32,753 nt of DNA from contig CAZSRN010000003.1 in NCBI GenBank assembly GCA_964609115.1, positions 1 to 32,753 of the forward strand, written 5' to 3'. This stretch comes from an uncultured Veillonellaceae bacterium. Its GTDB lineage: Bacteria; Bacillota; Negativicutes; UBA1444. The translations under genes were made by a program, and so were the position numbers. Below, one piece after another: positions 16,672-25,800 of this stretch (position 1 is the stretch's first letter; every line of letters starts with the position of its first letter). The notes under the pieces were generated by a model, which had not been told where the DNA came from, searched no databases, and saw only the letters and a list, made by a program, of their open reading frames with translations.

Positions 16672-18804
16672 TCAAAATCCCAGTGCGGTTCCCCCCTGAT
16701 ATACAATAAATGCCATGCCCCACGCCAGCGCAGTTGAATAAGCGAAACTAAACGCAGGCCACTTCCACGAATTCGTTTCCCGTCTTATCACCGCCAACAC
16801 CGCCAGACACGGAGAATACAACAGCGTAAACACCATCAAACTTAATGCAACCAGTGGACTAAAAGTCGGGTCAGCTGCCAGCGCCTCCTGCAGAGAGCGG
16901 GAATCTTCCTCCACATCCCCCACACTGTAAATCGTCGCTAATGAACTCACCAGCACTTCTTTTGCCGCGACAGCCGAGACGAGGCCCACTCCCATTTTCC
17001 AGTCGAAACCAAGCGGTTTGATTACCGGCTCAATCGCATGGCCGAATTGTCCTGCGTAGCTGAGCGCAATCTTTTCCGAAGCCTGTTCTTTGTCCAGCTG
17101 TTCCAACAAGGGTTTCGCCGCTTCATCGTCATATTTTTCCGTCACCGCCGTCTTTGCAGCCTCATAGTCTTTACTGTATTGAACTTCCGCCGGATAATTC
17201 GTGAGAAACCAAATCAAGATCGAGGCCGCCAAAATCAACGTGCCTGCTTTCTTCACATATAATACGCTGCGTTCCCACATATGAAGCAAAATGCTTCGCG
17301 GGGTCGGGAAATGATACGACGGCATCTCCATGATAAAAGGTTCCGTGTTCCCTGGAAACAGCAATTTGCGAAAAATCAGTGACATCAAAATCGCCAGCAC
17401 AATTCCCAGAAAATAAATCGAGAACAGCACACTGCCGGCCATATGCTCCGGAAAGAAAGCCGCGATCAGCAATGTATAAACCGGCAACCTCGCACTGCAG
17501 CTCATTAACGGAGAGACTAAAATCGTCACCATGCGGTCGCCCTTATTTTCCAGCGTCCGGGTCCCCATGACCGCCGGTACGCTGCAACCAAACCCAAGCA
17601 ACAGCGGGATAAAAGATTTTCCATGAAGCCCTACCGCCCGCATGATCCGATCCATAACAAAAGCCGCCCGCGCCATATAGCCGGTATCTTCCAACAGAGC
17701 AATTCCAAAAAACAGTAGCAATATACTGGGCAGAAAAGTAATAACACTGCCCACTCCGCCAATAATACCGTCCACAAGCAGCGATCGCAATTCGCCTTCG
17801 GCCATGGTTGAGCCTACCGCGCCTCCCAGCCAGGTCACTCCCTCTTCGATCCAACCCTGAGGAATTTCGCCCACTGTAAACACAATATTAAAGAGCAGCC
17901 ACATGATGCCGAAAAAAATCGGCAACCCCAGCACGCGGTGCGTTAGAATCTTGTCAATCTTGTCCGATGGCGTTTCCGAATTCTGCGCCCGGAAATCAAC
18001 AAATTCCCTGTATACTTCCGCAACATGGCAATATCGCCGTTCCGCAATGGCTATTTCAAGATCTTCGCCCATGACTACGCTTGTTTTATTGCGAATAGCT
18101 TCAATGACCGGCAGCACTTTGCTTCCGCCCGGCGTATCAGCAACCGATTGCCGAATCTCCGCATCATTTTCCAAAAGCTTTAGCGCCAGCCACCGGCTCG
18201 GATATTTAAGATTTCGCAGAGGCGCCAACACATCCATGGTTTGCTCGATTGCCGTTTCGATTTTATTACCGTAATGAATTGCAAACGGTTTAAAATTATG
18301 CTTTGCAGAAGCCTCCGCAACAGCTTTTAACAATGCTTCAGTTCCCTGATTTCGGTTGCCGACCAATCCGACCACCGGAATCTCAAAATGTTTTTGCAAA
18401 GCTTTCTCATCTAACTTGATTCCAGCTTGCGCCGCCACATCCGTCATATTTAGAGCCAATACCATGGGTCGTTCCAGTTCCAGCAGTTGCACGGCCAAAT
18501 AAAGATTTCGCTCCAAGTTGGAAGCATCCAAAATATTGACAATCAGGTCAGGCTTTTCATCAATAATAACATTACGCGCCACGACCTCATCCATCGAATT
18601 TGCCGTTAGACTGTAAGTCCCCGGCAAATCAATCACAACCATATCCTGTCCTTGGAAGCGCCGGAATCCCTCTCTCCGTTCCACGGTTACTCCCGGATAA
18701 TTTCCCACATGTTGCCGCGCTCCCGTAATATTGTTAAAAATCGTGGTTTTGCCGGAATTTGGGTTTCCAGCCAGTGCTATTGTCATGCAGGCTGCTGCCA
18801 TCAT
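16672..18804 (-). CDS. feoB: FeoB, ferrous iron transporter (GTPase plus permease)
   Basis: TIALAGNPNSGKTTIFN G1 motif and VIDLPGTYSL G3 motif, followed by a long polytopic C-terminal region. ATGA overlap with the feoA stop at 18801-18804. Confidence 0.93.
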   Translation of the reverse strand: MMAAACMTIALAGNPNSGKTTIFNNITGARQHVGNYPGVTVERREGFRRFQGQDMVVIDLPGTYSLTANSMDEVVARNVIIDEKPDLIVNILDASNLERNLYLAVQLLELERPMVLALNMTDVAAQAGIKLDEKALQKHFEIPVVGLVGNRNQGTEALLKAVAEASAKHNFKPFAIHYGNKIETAIEQTMDVLAPLRNLKYPSRWLALKLLENDAEIRQSVADTPGGSKVLPVIEAIRNKTSVVMGEDLEIAIAERRYCHVAEVYREFVDFRAQNSETPSDKIDKILTHRVLGLPIFFGIMWLLFNIVFTVGEIPQGWIEEGVTWLGGAVGSTMAEGELRSLLVDGIIGGVGSVITFLPSILLLFFGIALLEDTGYMARAAFVMDRIMRAVGLHGKSFIPLLLGFGCSVPAVMGTRTLENKGDRMVTILVSPLMSCSARLPVYTLLIAAFFPEHMAGSVLFSIYFLGIVLAILMSLIFRKLLFPGNTEPFIMEMPSYHFPTPRSILLHMWERSVLYVKKAGTLILAASILIWFLTNYPAEVQYSKDYEAAKTAVTEKYDDEAAKPLLEQLDKEQASEKIALSYAGQFGHAIEPVIKPLGFDWKMGVGLVSAVAAKEVLVSSLATIYSVGDVEEDSRSLQEALAADPTFSPLVALSLMVFTLLYSPCLAVLAVIRRETNSWKWPAFSFAYSTALAWGMAFIVYQGGTALGF

Positions 18805-19043
18805 GCCTTCCCTCCCGTCAAATTCACTTCAATCGTAGCCGCCTCCGCCTTGCGCAGCGACAAGTTAAAGTTTTTCACTTTAATCTCCATGGGATCACCC
18901 AGCGGAGCCAACTTCAAAACATGTACCTGTGTACCGGCAACCACTCCCATATCGACAATGCGCCGTTTGATCGGTCCGGCTCCAGTTACCCTGCTGATAA
19001 CGCCAATTTCACCAGTTTGCATCCGGTCCAGCGTTTTTTTCAT
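18801..19043 (-). CDS. feoA: FeoA, small ferrous iron transport protein
   Basis: 80 aa with an SH3-like FeoA pattern (GEIGVISRV...RRIVDMGVVAGTQVHVLKLAPLGDPMEI). It is translationally coupled to feoB. Confidence 0.88.
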   Translation of the reverse strand: MKKTLDRMQTGEIGVISRVTGAGPIKRRIVDMGVVAGTQVHVLKLAPLGDPMEIKVKNFNLSLRKAEAATIEVNLTGGKA

Positions 19044-19066
19044 GCAACCACTTCCGTTTCATTTAT

Positions 19067-19081
19067 TGATAATATTTTTCA
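19067..19081. promoter_or_regulatory. Candidate Fur box 1 upstream of feoA
   Basis: TGATAATATTTTTCA matches 12 of 14 specified positions of the 7-1-7 Fur consensus TGATAATNATTATCA. It lies 24-38 nt upstream of the feoA ATG. Confidence 0.45.
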
Positions 19082-19090
19082 TTTGTATTT

Positions 19091-19119
19091 ATCGTATGTC
19101 AGTGCGCCTGTTCTGTCAA
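19091..19119 (-). promoter_or_regulatory. Candidate feoAB promoter
   Basis: On the minus strand, TTGACA (19114-19119) - N17 - TACGAT (19091-19096). It is bracketed by the two Fur-box candidates. Confidence 0.4.
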
Positions 19120-19127
19120 TAGTATTA

Positions 19128-19142
19128 TGAAAATTTTTCTCA
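19128..19142. promoter_or_regulatory. Candidate Fur box 2 upstream of feoA
   Basis: TGAAAATTTTTCTCA matches 11 of 14 specified positions of TGATAATNATTATCA. It lies just upstream of the candidate -35. Confidence 0.35.
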
Positions 19143-19188
19143 TTTATTTATTTCTTATATCCCTTATTTTATTTAATACTTACACCGA

Positions 19189-19244
19189 TTTTGCAAGAAG
19201 AAGAGCCTGCACAATATTCTGTGCAGGCTCTTCTTCTTGCAAAA
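19189..19244. repeat. Perfect 25-bp inverted repeat with a 6-nt loop between eamA and the feoAB promoter; probable terminator or insulator hairpin
   Basis: TTTTGCAAGAAGAAGAGCCTGCACA - ATATTC - TGTGCAGGCTCTTCTTCTTGCAAAA, read directly. The A/T ends are themselves part of the stem, so neither strand has a free U-tract. Confidence 0.6.
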
Positions 19245-19291
19245 TTAATGGGTCTATACATGATAATACCTTTCACGCACAATCCATGCAC

Positions 19292-20173
19292 TCACTCACG
19301 AATCACCAACAATACACCGGCGAATATCAGCGCCGCTCCCATCCCAAAACTCCATCCCACCTGTTCTCCCAGAAACAACCACCCCAACAAGGTTCCCACG
19401 ATGGGTTGAAAGAAAAAGTACAGTCCGCCGCTTCCGGCATCCACCAGCTGTAATCCTCTATTCCAAAAATAAAAGGCTCCTGCAGTGGAAACCGTGCCGA
19501 TATACAGAATCCCCAGCAAAATTTTCGGTTGAGTCATCATCTGCAAGTGCTCCGGTTGCATCTGCGCCAGCGCCAATGGCGTCATTGCCGCCGCAGCCGC
19601 CAACATCGCATAAGTGGTGACTACAATCATGGAACATTGAGCTGGAATCTTTTTCACGAGTACCGACATGAACGCCCAAGTTATTGCCGCCAACCCCAAA
19701 ATAAAGCCACCCATTTGGGTCTCTTTTCCCATATCTCCAATACCCACGATACACAACACCCCACTCGTTGCAAGACAAAGCGAGATTGCTTTTTTAACCG
19801 TAATCGCCTCATCCAACAGCAAGCGGGCAAAAATTACCATGAAGGCCGGCGTGGCCGCCGTAATCACAGCCCCCATCTGCGCCGATGATAATTGGGTTCC
19901 TGCAAACTGCGCCCAAATTGAAATGAAATACCCTACAATCCCAACCATCACCACTGTCGGCCATGCTTGTTTCGGTATTTTCCAAGATTCTCCCCTGATC
20001 CAGGCAAAAATCGTCAAGGCCGCCAAGGCCACCAAATAGCGAATCCAAACAAGTTCCAAGGCCGGCAGCACTTCCAGCACCACCTTGCTGACTACATAGA
20101 GTCCTCCCCAGATGCTTGCCGCCAGTGTCAAATACAAGGGTCCCAAATATTTTTTCATGCTTCCTTTTCCCAT
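19292..20173 (-). CDS. EamA/DMT-family transporter
   Basis: 293 aa with about 10 hydrophobic segments in two repeated halves, typical of EamA domains. The start shares one base with the marR stop (TAATG). The alternative ATG at 20158 has a better SD. Confidence 0.8.
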   Translation of the reverse strand: MGKGSMKKYLGPLYLTLAASIWGGLYVVSKVVLEVLPALELVWIRYLVALAALTIFAWIRGESWKIPKQAWPTVVMVGIVGYFISIWAQFAGTQLSSAQMGAVITAATPAFMVIFARLLLDEAITVKKAISLCLATSGVLCIVGIGDMGKETQMGGFILGLAAITWAFMSVLVKKIPAQCSMIVVTTYAMLAAAAAMTPLALAQMQPEHLQMMTQPKILLGILYIGTVSTAGAFYFWNRGLQLVDAGSGGLYFFFQPIVGTLLGWLFLGEQVGWSFGMGAALIFAGVLLVIRE

Positions 20174-20637
20174 TACAGTTTGATGAAAATATTATGGAGT
20201 ACCTTATGAAAAGTTTTGATTTCTGCGGCGCTGCATCCCGACAACATGACGCCGGCAACAGTATTCATCACATCGATCAGTCGTTCACGAACGGCAACGG
20301 CCTTCGCCGTCAGAAAAATTGAAAAAGCCCGCCGATCGCCCGGAACATCGACGCGTGAAACCAAATTTTGCCGTTCCAATCGGTCAATCAATCCAGTCAA
20401 TGTGGAATTGTCCAAAAAACATCGTTTCCCCAAATCCGTAATGGATTCACCGTCTTTTTTGTACAACGCATACAAAACAATCAATTGTCCGGGAGTAATT
20501 CCCAGACCCCTTTCGTCCAGTACCTTCTTTGTGTATTGAAAATGCTTTTGTTCCGCTTTTGCCAACAAGATGCATACGCTGTCAAAAATCTCCAGCATCG
20601 CCATTCCCACTTTCATTCCGGTTTTATTGGGTAGCAA
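20173..20637 (-). CDS. MarR-family transcriptional regulator (start codon uncertain: 20637 TTG, 20616 or 20598 ATG)
   Basis: Contains a winged-HTH core, ITPGQLIVLYALYKKDGESITDLGKRCFLDNSTLTGLIDRLERQNLVSRVDVPGDRRA. Confidence 0.85.
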   Translation of the reverse strand: MLPNKTGMKVGMAMLEIFDSVCILLAKAEQKHFQYTKKVLDERGLGITPGQLIVLYALYKKDGESITDLGKRCFLDNSTLTGLIDRLERQNLVSRVDVPGDRRAFSIFLTAKAVAVRERLIDVMNTVAGVMLSGCSAAEIKTFHKVLHNIFIKL

Positions 20638-20656
20638 ATAATGTTTGCGCTCTTAT

Positions 20657-20684
20657 TTTATATTTATCCTGCCATTTATTGCAA
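20657..20684 (-). promoter_or_regulatory. Candidate marR-eamA promoter
   Basis: On the minus strand, TTGCAA (20679-20684) - N16 - TATAAA (20657-20662). Confidence 0.3.
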
Positions 20685-20721
20685 CGTGAAACTCATTGAT
20701 AAAAAACATTTTTCAGGGATC

Positions 20722-20749
20722 TTGACAAATACTTTGCAGCAATTATAAT
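20722..20749 (+). promoter_or_regulatory. Consensus sigma-A-type promoter driving the microgene
   Basis: TTGACA (20722-20727) - 16 nt - TATAAT (20744-20749). Both hexamers are perfect. Confidence 0.7.
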
Positions 20750-20757
20750 TTAGTTAA

Positions 20758-20793
20758 GCAAATAGTTTGCATGCAAATAATTATATTGCAAAT
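20758..20793 (+). repeat. Three direct GCAAAT(A/T) repeats at exact 15-bp spacing plus the 12-bp palindrome TTTGCATGCAAA; candidate operator array in the microgene leader
   Basis: GCAAAT starts at 20758, 20773 and 20788. The palindrome is at 20766-20777. All lie between the -10 hexamer and the SD. Confidence 0.6.
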
Positions 20794-20812
20794 TATCGAA
20801 GGAGGTTTTTAT

Positions 20813-20953
20813 ATGAACGGTGTATATGTTTATAGTGCAGGTTGGTTGTTGGATCAGGTCAGTCGTTACATTCAATCCCCGGAATCCATGATCCATGATC
20901 AAGCCGACGATAGCGCCCGGTCAATCGCCCGTCTTTATTTTTCTTTCCGATAG
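20813..20953 (+). CDS. 46-aa microprotein of unknown function (MNGVYVYSAGWLLDQVSRYIQSPESMIHDQADDSARSIARLYFSFR)
   Basis: AAGGAGG lies 7 nt upstream of the ATG at 20813. It has a dedicated consensus promoter upstream and a dedicated terminator downstream. The ORF-track start at 20771 lacks an SD. Confidence 0.5.
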   Translation: MNGVYVYSAGWLLDQVSRYIQSPESMIHDQADDSARSIARLYFSFR

Positions 20954-20986
20954 TCTTTGTTCCGTCTTTCGTTGATCATTGTCTTT

Positions 20987-21034
20987 CAGGGTTGCGTAGC
21001 TGCATGCATTGCAGGAGCGTTACCCTGTTTTTTT
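20987..21034 (+). terminator. Intrinsic terminator of the microgene
   Basis: Stem CAGGGTTGCG...CGTTACCCTG contains an inner CTGCA/TGCAG helix and is followed by T7 (21028-21034). Confidence 0.7.
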
Positions 21035-21054
21035 ATTTTTCTCTCTTTCTTATA

Positions 21055-21083
21055 TTGATTATAGAAAACCGAAATACTATAAT
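21055..21083 (+). promoter_or_regulatory. Candidate promoter of the tetR-efflux operon
   Basis: TTGATT (21055-21060) - N17 - TATAAT (21078-21083), 27 nt upstream of the tetR ATG. Confidence 0.55.
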
Positions 21084-21109
21084 AGTTTTTGAGTGCAGGA
21101 AAGGAATGA

Positions 21110-21700
21110 ATGCGCATGGAAGATGTGAAAAATTTTATTCTTGACCATGCCCAAAGTCGGTTTGATCGATTTGGTTTTCAAAAAACGACAATGGACGAAA
21201 TCAGTCGCGACTGTAAAATGTCGAAACGGACATTATATGAACACTTTCGCGACAAAGAGCACCTGTTCGACTGCCTGATTGAACGGGAAGGGCATCGGGA
21301 TCTGGAAACTATTTTTGCGCGCATGGGAACCGTCGAAGACCCTTTGGAACGACTGGTTATCCTTTTGCGCACAGCCATTGCCTATTTTAGTGAAGACATT
21401 TTTCTGACGCGCTTGCTGAAAAACGATAATGCGTTATTCTCATCATTGCTCAACGGCAAGTCTCATGTTCTCATCACCGAGCATCTGATCAATCTGATCG
21501 ACGGCATTGTCGCCGAAGGAAAGGAAAAAGGCCGAATCCGCCCGGAAGTGGATGGGCAAGTTGCCGGATACATCGGCTTCCGTCTCTTTCAGGCGTTTAG
21601 TTATATGCGGACCATACCGTTTACTGCGGAAAAAGAACAACAGGGATTTTATACCGATGCGTTGGTTGATTTTTTCTACAACGCTTTAGTAAAGAGATAG
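21110..21700 (+). CDS. TetR/AcrR-family transcriptional repressor
   Basis: The N-terminal HTH FGFQKTTMDEISRDCKMSKRTLYEHFRDKEHLF is a classic TetR_N signature. Confidence 0.9.
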   Translation: MRMEDVKNFILDHAQSRFDRFGFQKTTMDEISRDCKMSKRTLYEHFRDKEHLFDCLIEREGHRDLETIFARMGTVEDPLERLVILLRTAIAYFSEDIFLTRLLKNDNALFSSLLNGKSHVLITEHLINLIDGIVAEGKEKGRIRPEVDGQVAGYIGFRLFQAFSYMRTIPFTAEKEQQGFYTDALVDFFYNALVKR

Positions 21701-21717
21701 TGGAGGGAACAAATCAG

Positions 21718-22830
21718 ATGATAACGAAAGAATGGCTTATCGCTCACAAAACTCCTCTTGCCGCAGCCTTGGCAGTTGTATTGATCGCAGTCGCCGCTTC
21801 ACTATTGTTCTGTTTTTCTGCAAAAAAACAAGTGGCGGAGCAGCCGCCGTTAGTTCGTTCCATGGTAGTTAAAGTAAATGGAGCCGACCGAAATGCCACC
21901 TATTCCGGCGAAGTCCGCGGACGGTATGAAAGATTGCTTGCCTTTCAAGTCGGCGGCAAAATCATGCGCCGTAACGTGGAATTGGGCAATACCGTTTCTG
22001 CCGGCGACATCCTAATGGAAATTGACCCCAAGGATGTTCAGCAAACCGTGAACATTACCGCAGCCCAAGTCGCTGCCGCACAGTCGCAATTGGCGCTGGC
22101 CGAAACAAACTTGAAACGGTACAAGGAATTATATGAGCAAGAGGCCGTCGGTCGCGCCGTATATGATCAGTACGTCAATGCTCACGCAGCCGCCGCAGCG
22201 GCCGCCCGCCAAGCCGCCGCGCAATATTCCCAGGGTTCGAACCAACTCGGATATACTGCGTTGCGCGCTGCCAGCAGCGGTGTGATTTCCAGTATTTCAG
22301 TCGAAGCCGGTCAGGTAGTTGCCGCCGGACAAACTGTTCTGACTCTGGTACAGGATGGCGAACGTGAAATCGAAATGGAAGTCCCGGAAAATCGCTATGA
22401 AGAAATCCGCAATGCCCGGGAAATCAAAGTCACATTCTGGGCGTTGCCCAACCGGGTCGTGGATGGCACTGTCCGCGAGATTGCTCCGATTGCCGACAAA
22501 ACATCCCGCACCTATAAAGTTCGAATTCATCTTACCAATCCGCCGCCGGAACTCAAACTGGGTATGACCGCCAGCGTCAGCACCGCCGTCAATGCTCAGC
22601 AGAAATCGGCGGAGGTTCCCCTTTCGGCCATTTACCAGACCGGTTCAACTCCCGCCGTATGGGTCGTCAGCAACGAAACTGCGACGCTTCGCCCGGTCAA
22701 GCTGGGAGCGTTCGGCGATGGAAGCGTACAGGTGCTGGAAGGACTCAACAATAACGACACCGTCATTACGGCAGGCGTTCACAAACTTAAGGAAGGCCAA
22801 AAAGTCCGCTTGGCAGGTGAAGGCAAGTGA
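21718..22830 (+). CDS. Efflux RND periplasmic adaptor (membrane fusion protein, HlyD/AcrA family)
   Basis: N-terminal membrane anchor LAAALAVVLIAVAASLLF, a coiled-coil segment (AQVAAAQSQLALAETNLKRYKELYEQEAV) and beta-barrel / membrane-proximal regions. I prefer the ATG at 21718, with GGAGG 10 nt upstream, over the GTG at 21700. Confidence 0.88.
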   Translation: MITKEWLIAHKTPLAAALAVVLIAVAASLLFCFSAKKQVAEQPPLVRSMVVKVNGADRNATYSGEVRGRYERLLAFQVGGKIMRRNVELGNTVSAGDILMEIDPKDVQQTVNITAAQVAAAQSQLALAETNLKRYKELYEQEAVGRAVYDQYVNAHAAAAAAARQAAAQYSQGSNQLGYTALRAASSGVISSISVEAGQVVAAGQTVLTLVQDGEREIEMEVPENRYEEIRNAREIKVTFWALPNRVVDGTVREIAPIADKTSRTYKVRIHLTNPPPELKLGMTASVSTAVNAQQKSAEVPLSAIYQTGSTPAVWVVSNETATLRPVKLGAFGDGSVQVLEGLNNNDTVITAGVHKLKEGQKVRLAGEGK

Positions 22831-25800
22831 AAAACTTCAACCTGACCGAACTTGCCTTTCGGCACAAGGAATTTGTTTACTTCACCATTGCCATGATCTT
22901 TTTGGCCGGCATTTTTTCCTACCGGCAACTGGGACGAATGGAAGATCCCGACTTTGTCATCCGACAAATGGTTGTTTCCGTCGCTTGGCCCGGCGCCAGC
23001 GCTCGTGAAATTGAAGAACAAGTCACTGATAAAATTGAAAAGAAATTGCAGGATACTCCGGGCGTCGATTACCTCAGAAGCTTTTCCAGGCCGGGGCAAG
23101 CCGTCATTTATGTAATATTGAAGGAAAGCACCCCCGAAAAAGATGTGCGTCCTACCTGGCTGGAAGTCCGCAATATGGTCAATGATATCAAAATCACCTT
23201 CCCCAGCGGAGTCATGGGGCCTTACTTCAATGACCGTTTTGACGACGTTTTCGGCTCCATCTACGCCCTGACCGGGGATGGATTCAATTATGAAGAACTG
23301 CGTGAACGCGCCGAAACCATCCGCCGAACATTGCTTGGCGTACCCAATGTGAAAAAAGTACAGCTTGTCGGTGTCCAACCGGAAAAAATATTCATCGAAA
23401 TGGAAAGCAGCAAACTATCGCAAATGGGGATCGACCCCAATCTGCTGATTGCCGCAATCAAAACACAAAATGCGATGAACGCCTCCGGCATGGTCGAAAC
23501 CTCTTCCGACAACGTCTATCTGCGAGTCAGCGGCATGTTCGAAAGTATCGAAAATGTCCGAAAAATTCCGGTCCGGGCTGCAGGGCGAACTTTTCGCCTC
23601 GCCGACATCGCCAAGGTAACACGGGGATTTATTGACCCACCGGACCCCCTGATGTATTTCAACGGCAAACCCGCAATTGGAATTGCTTTGTCCATGGATA
23701 AAGGCGGCAACATTCTCAAACTCGGCGATGATCTTGATAAAACAATAGACCAAATTAAGACGGAACTTCCGCTGGGATTGGAAATCGGCCAGGTATCGAA
23801 CCAGCCGGATATTGTCGACGAATCCATCGGCGAATTTGTTAAATCTTTGATTGAAGCAGTAATAATCGTTCTGATCGTCAGTTTTGTCAGTCTGGGACTA
23901 CGGACAGGCATCGTCGTGGCTCTCTGCATCCCCTTGGTGCTGGCCGGCGTCTTCGCCTGCATGAAGGTTCTCGGCATTGATCTCCATAAAGTGTCGCTGG
24001 GCGCATTGATTATTGCGCTGGGTTTGCTGGTAGATGATGCCATCATCGCCATCGAAATGATGTCGGTCAAGTTGGAGCAGGGCTGGAACCGTTACGACGC
24101 CGCTTGCTACGCTTATACCGCCACGGCTTTTCCCATGCTGACCGGAACTTTGATCACTTGCGCCGGTTTCATTCCCATCGGCTTCGCCAAAGGAAATGCG
24201 GCGGAATTTTCCAGCAGCCTATTCACCGTAATTACCATTGCACTAGTCCTCTCCTGGTTTACATCCGTCATTGTAACGCCTCTGCTGGGCTATAAACTGA
24301 TCAAACCCAAGGAAAATCACGACCCTTCACACAATGTATACGACTCAAAATTTTATCGCATATTCCGTCGGGTACTGACCTGGTGTCTGGAGCGGCGCAA
24401 ACTGGTACTGGCCATTACGGTCGCCAGCTTTATCGGGTCCCTGTTCCTGTTCCAGCTCATCCGGCAGGAATTTTTTCCGCCTTCCCTGCGCAAGGAAATC
24501 ATTGTAGAAATGACGTTGCCGGAAGGATCGACGATCCGTGCAACCGAAGCACAGGCGGCTCGTTTCGCCAAGGAATTTGAAAATGACCCGGACCTCGCCA
24601 GTTACAGCTATCATGTCGGTGAAGGCGCTCCGCGCTTTGTGCTGACTGTCGAGCCGACTCTGCCGCACAGCAGCTACGCTCAATTCGTTTTTGTCGCCAA
24701 AGACCTGGCGGCCCGCAACCGGTTGAGTGACAAAGCCAATCTGATTCTGGCGGAAAAATTTTCCGACGTGCTGAGTCACGTTAAACTGCTGCAAACGGGT
24801 CCTCCTTCCGCTTATCCGGTCATGCTGCGGGTCAGCGGCATCGATCATGACAAAACAAAGGAAATCGCCCACAAAATTGGCGCGCTAATGAATTCCAAGC
24901 CTTATCTTTCCGCTATCAATTATGACTGGAATGAAAAAAACAAGGTCATGCGGCTCATCATCGATCAAGACAAGGCCCGCATGCTTGGCATTGACAACCA
25001 GACTCTGGCCACCAGCCTGCAGATGCAGCTCTCCGGCGCAGCAATCGCCGAATTCCGGCAAGAAGATAAAACGGTTGCCATTGTATTCCGGATGAATCCG
25101 CAGGACCGCACAAACCTTGGCCGGGTCAAGGACTTACCCATTCACATCGGCAGCGGTAAATTTGTCCCGCTGGGTCAGATCGCCAAAATCAGCTATGACA
25201 GCGAAGACGGCTTAATCTGGCGGCGAAACCTGAAACCGACCCTCACAGTCCAGGCTGAAATCAAAAATGGTATAACCGGTAATGACGCCACCAAAAAAAT
25301 CTATGACGAGCTGGCTTCATTGCGTCAATCCCTCCCTGCCGGGTATCGCATCGATGTCGGCGGCTCCCTGGAGAACAGTGCAAAATCCATTGGTTTTCTA
25401 CTGCAGCCCGTACCCATCATGGTTTTAATTATCGTGTTCCTGTTGATGCTGCAACTGCAAAGAGTCTCCCTGATGCTGCTGACCCTGCTGACCGCTCCGC
25501 TTGGAATTATCGGAGTATCCCTACTCATGCTGGCTACCTTCAAACCTCTCGGCTTTGTCGCCGAACTGGGCATTCTGGCTCTGGGCGGCATGATTATCCG
25601 TAATTCCGTCATTTTGATCGATCAGATTGAAAAGCACATTGCGGATGGCCAAGCCCCATGGAATGCCATCATTGACTCTGCCATACTGCGTTTCCGTCCC
25701 ATCATGCTGACGGCAGCCGCTGCAATTCTCGGCATGGTTCCACTAATCCCCAGCACTTTTTGGGGTCCCATGGCCATCGCCATCGCGGGCGGACTGTTTG

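Noticed and set aside
20884-20900. The tandem 7-nt repeat ATCCATG ATCCATG ATC inside the microgene as a slipped-strand phase-variation tract.
   Set aside because: There are only two full copies, too few for appreciable slippage. It is most likely a chance duplication.
20750-21034. A riboswitch (ykkC/guanidine, NiCo, Mn, preQ1 types) in the promoter-to-terminator unit upstream of the efflux operon.
   Set aside because: I could not find any of the conserved core sequences of these classes. The region instead carries a strong SD and an open 46-codon frame. Only a covariance-model scan (Rfam/Infernal) could exclude this fully.
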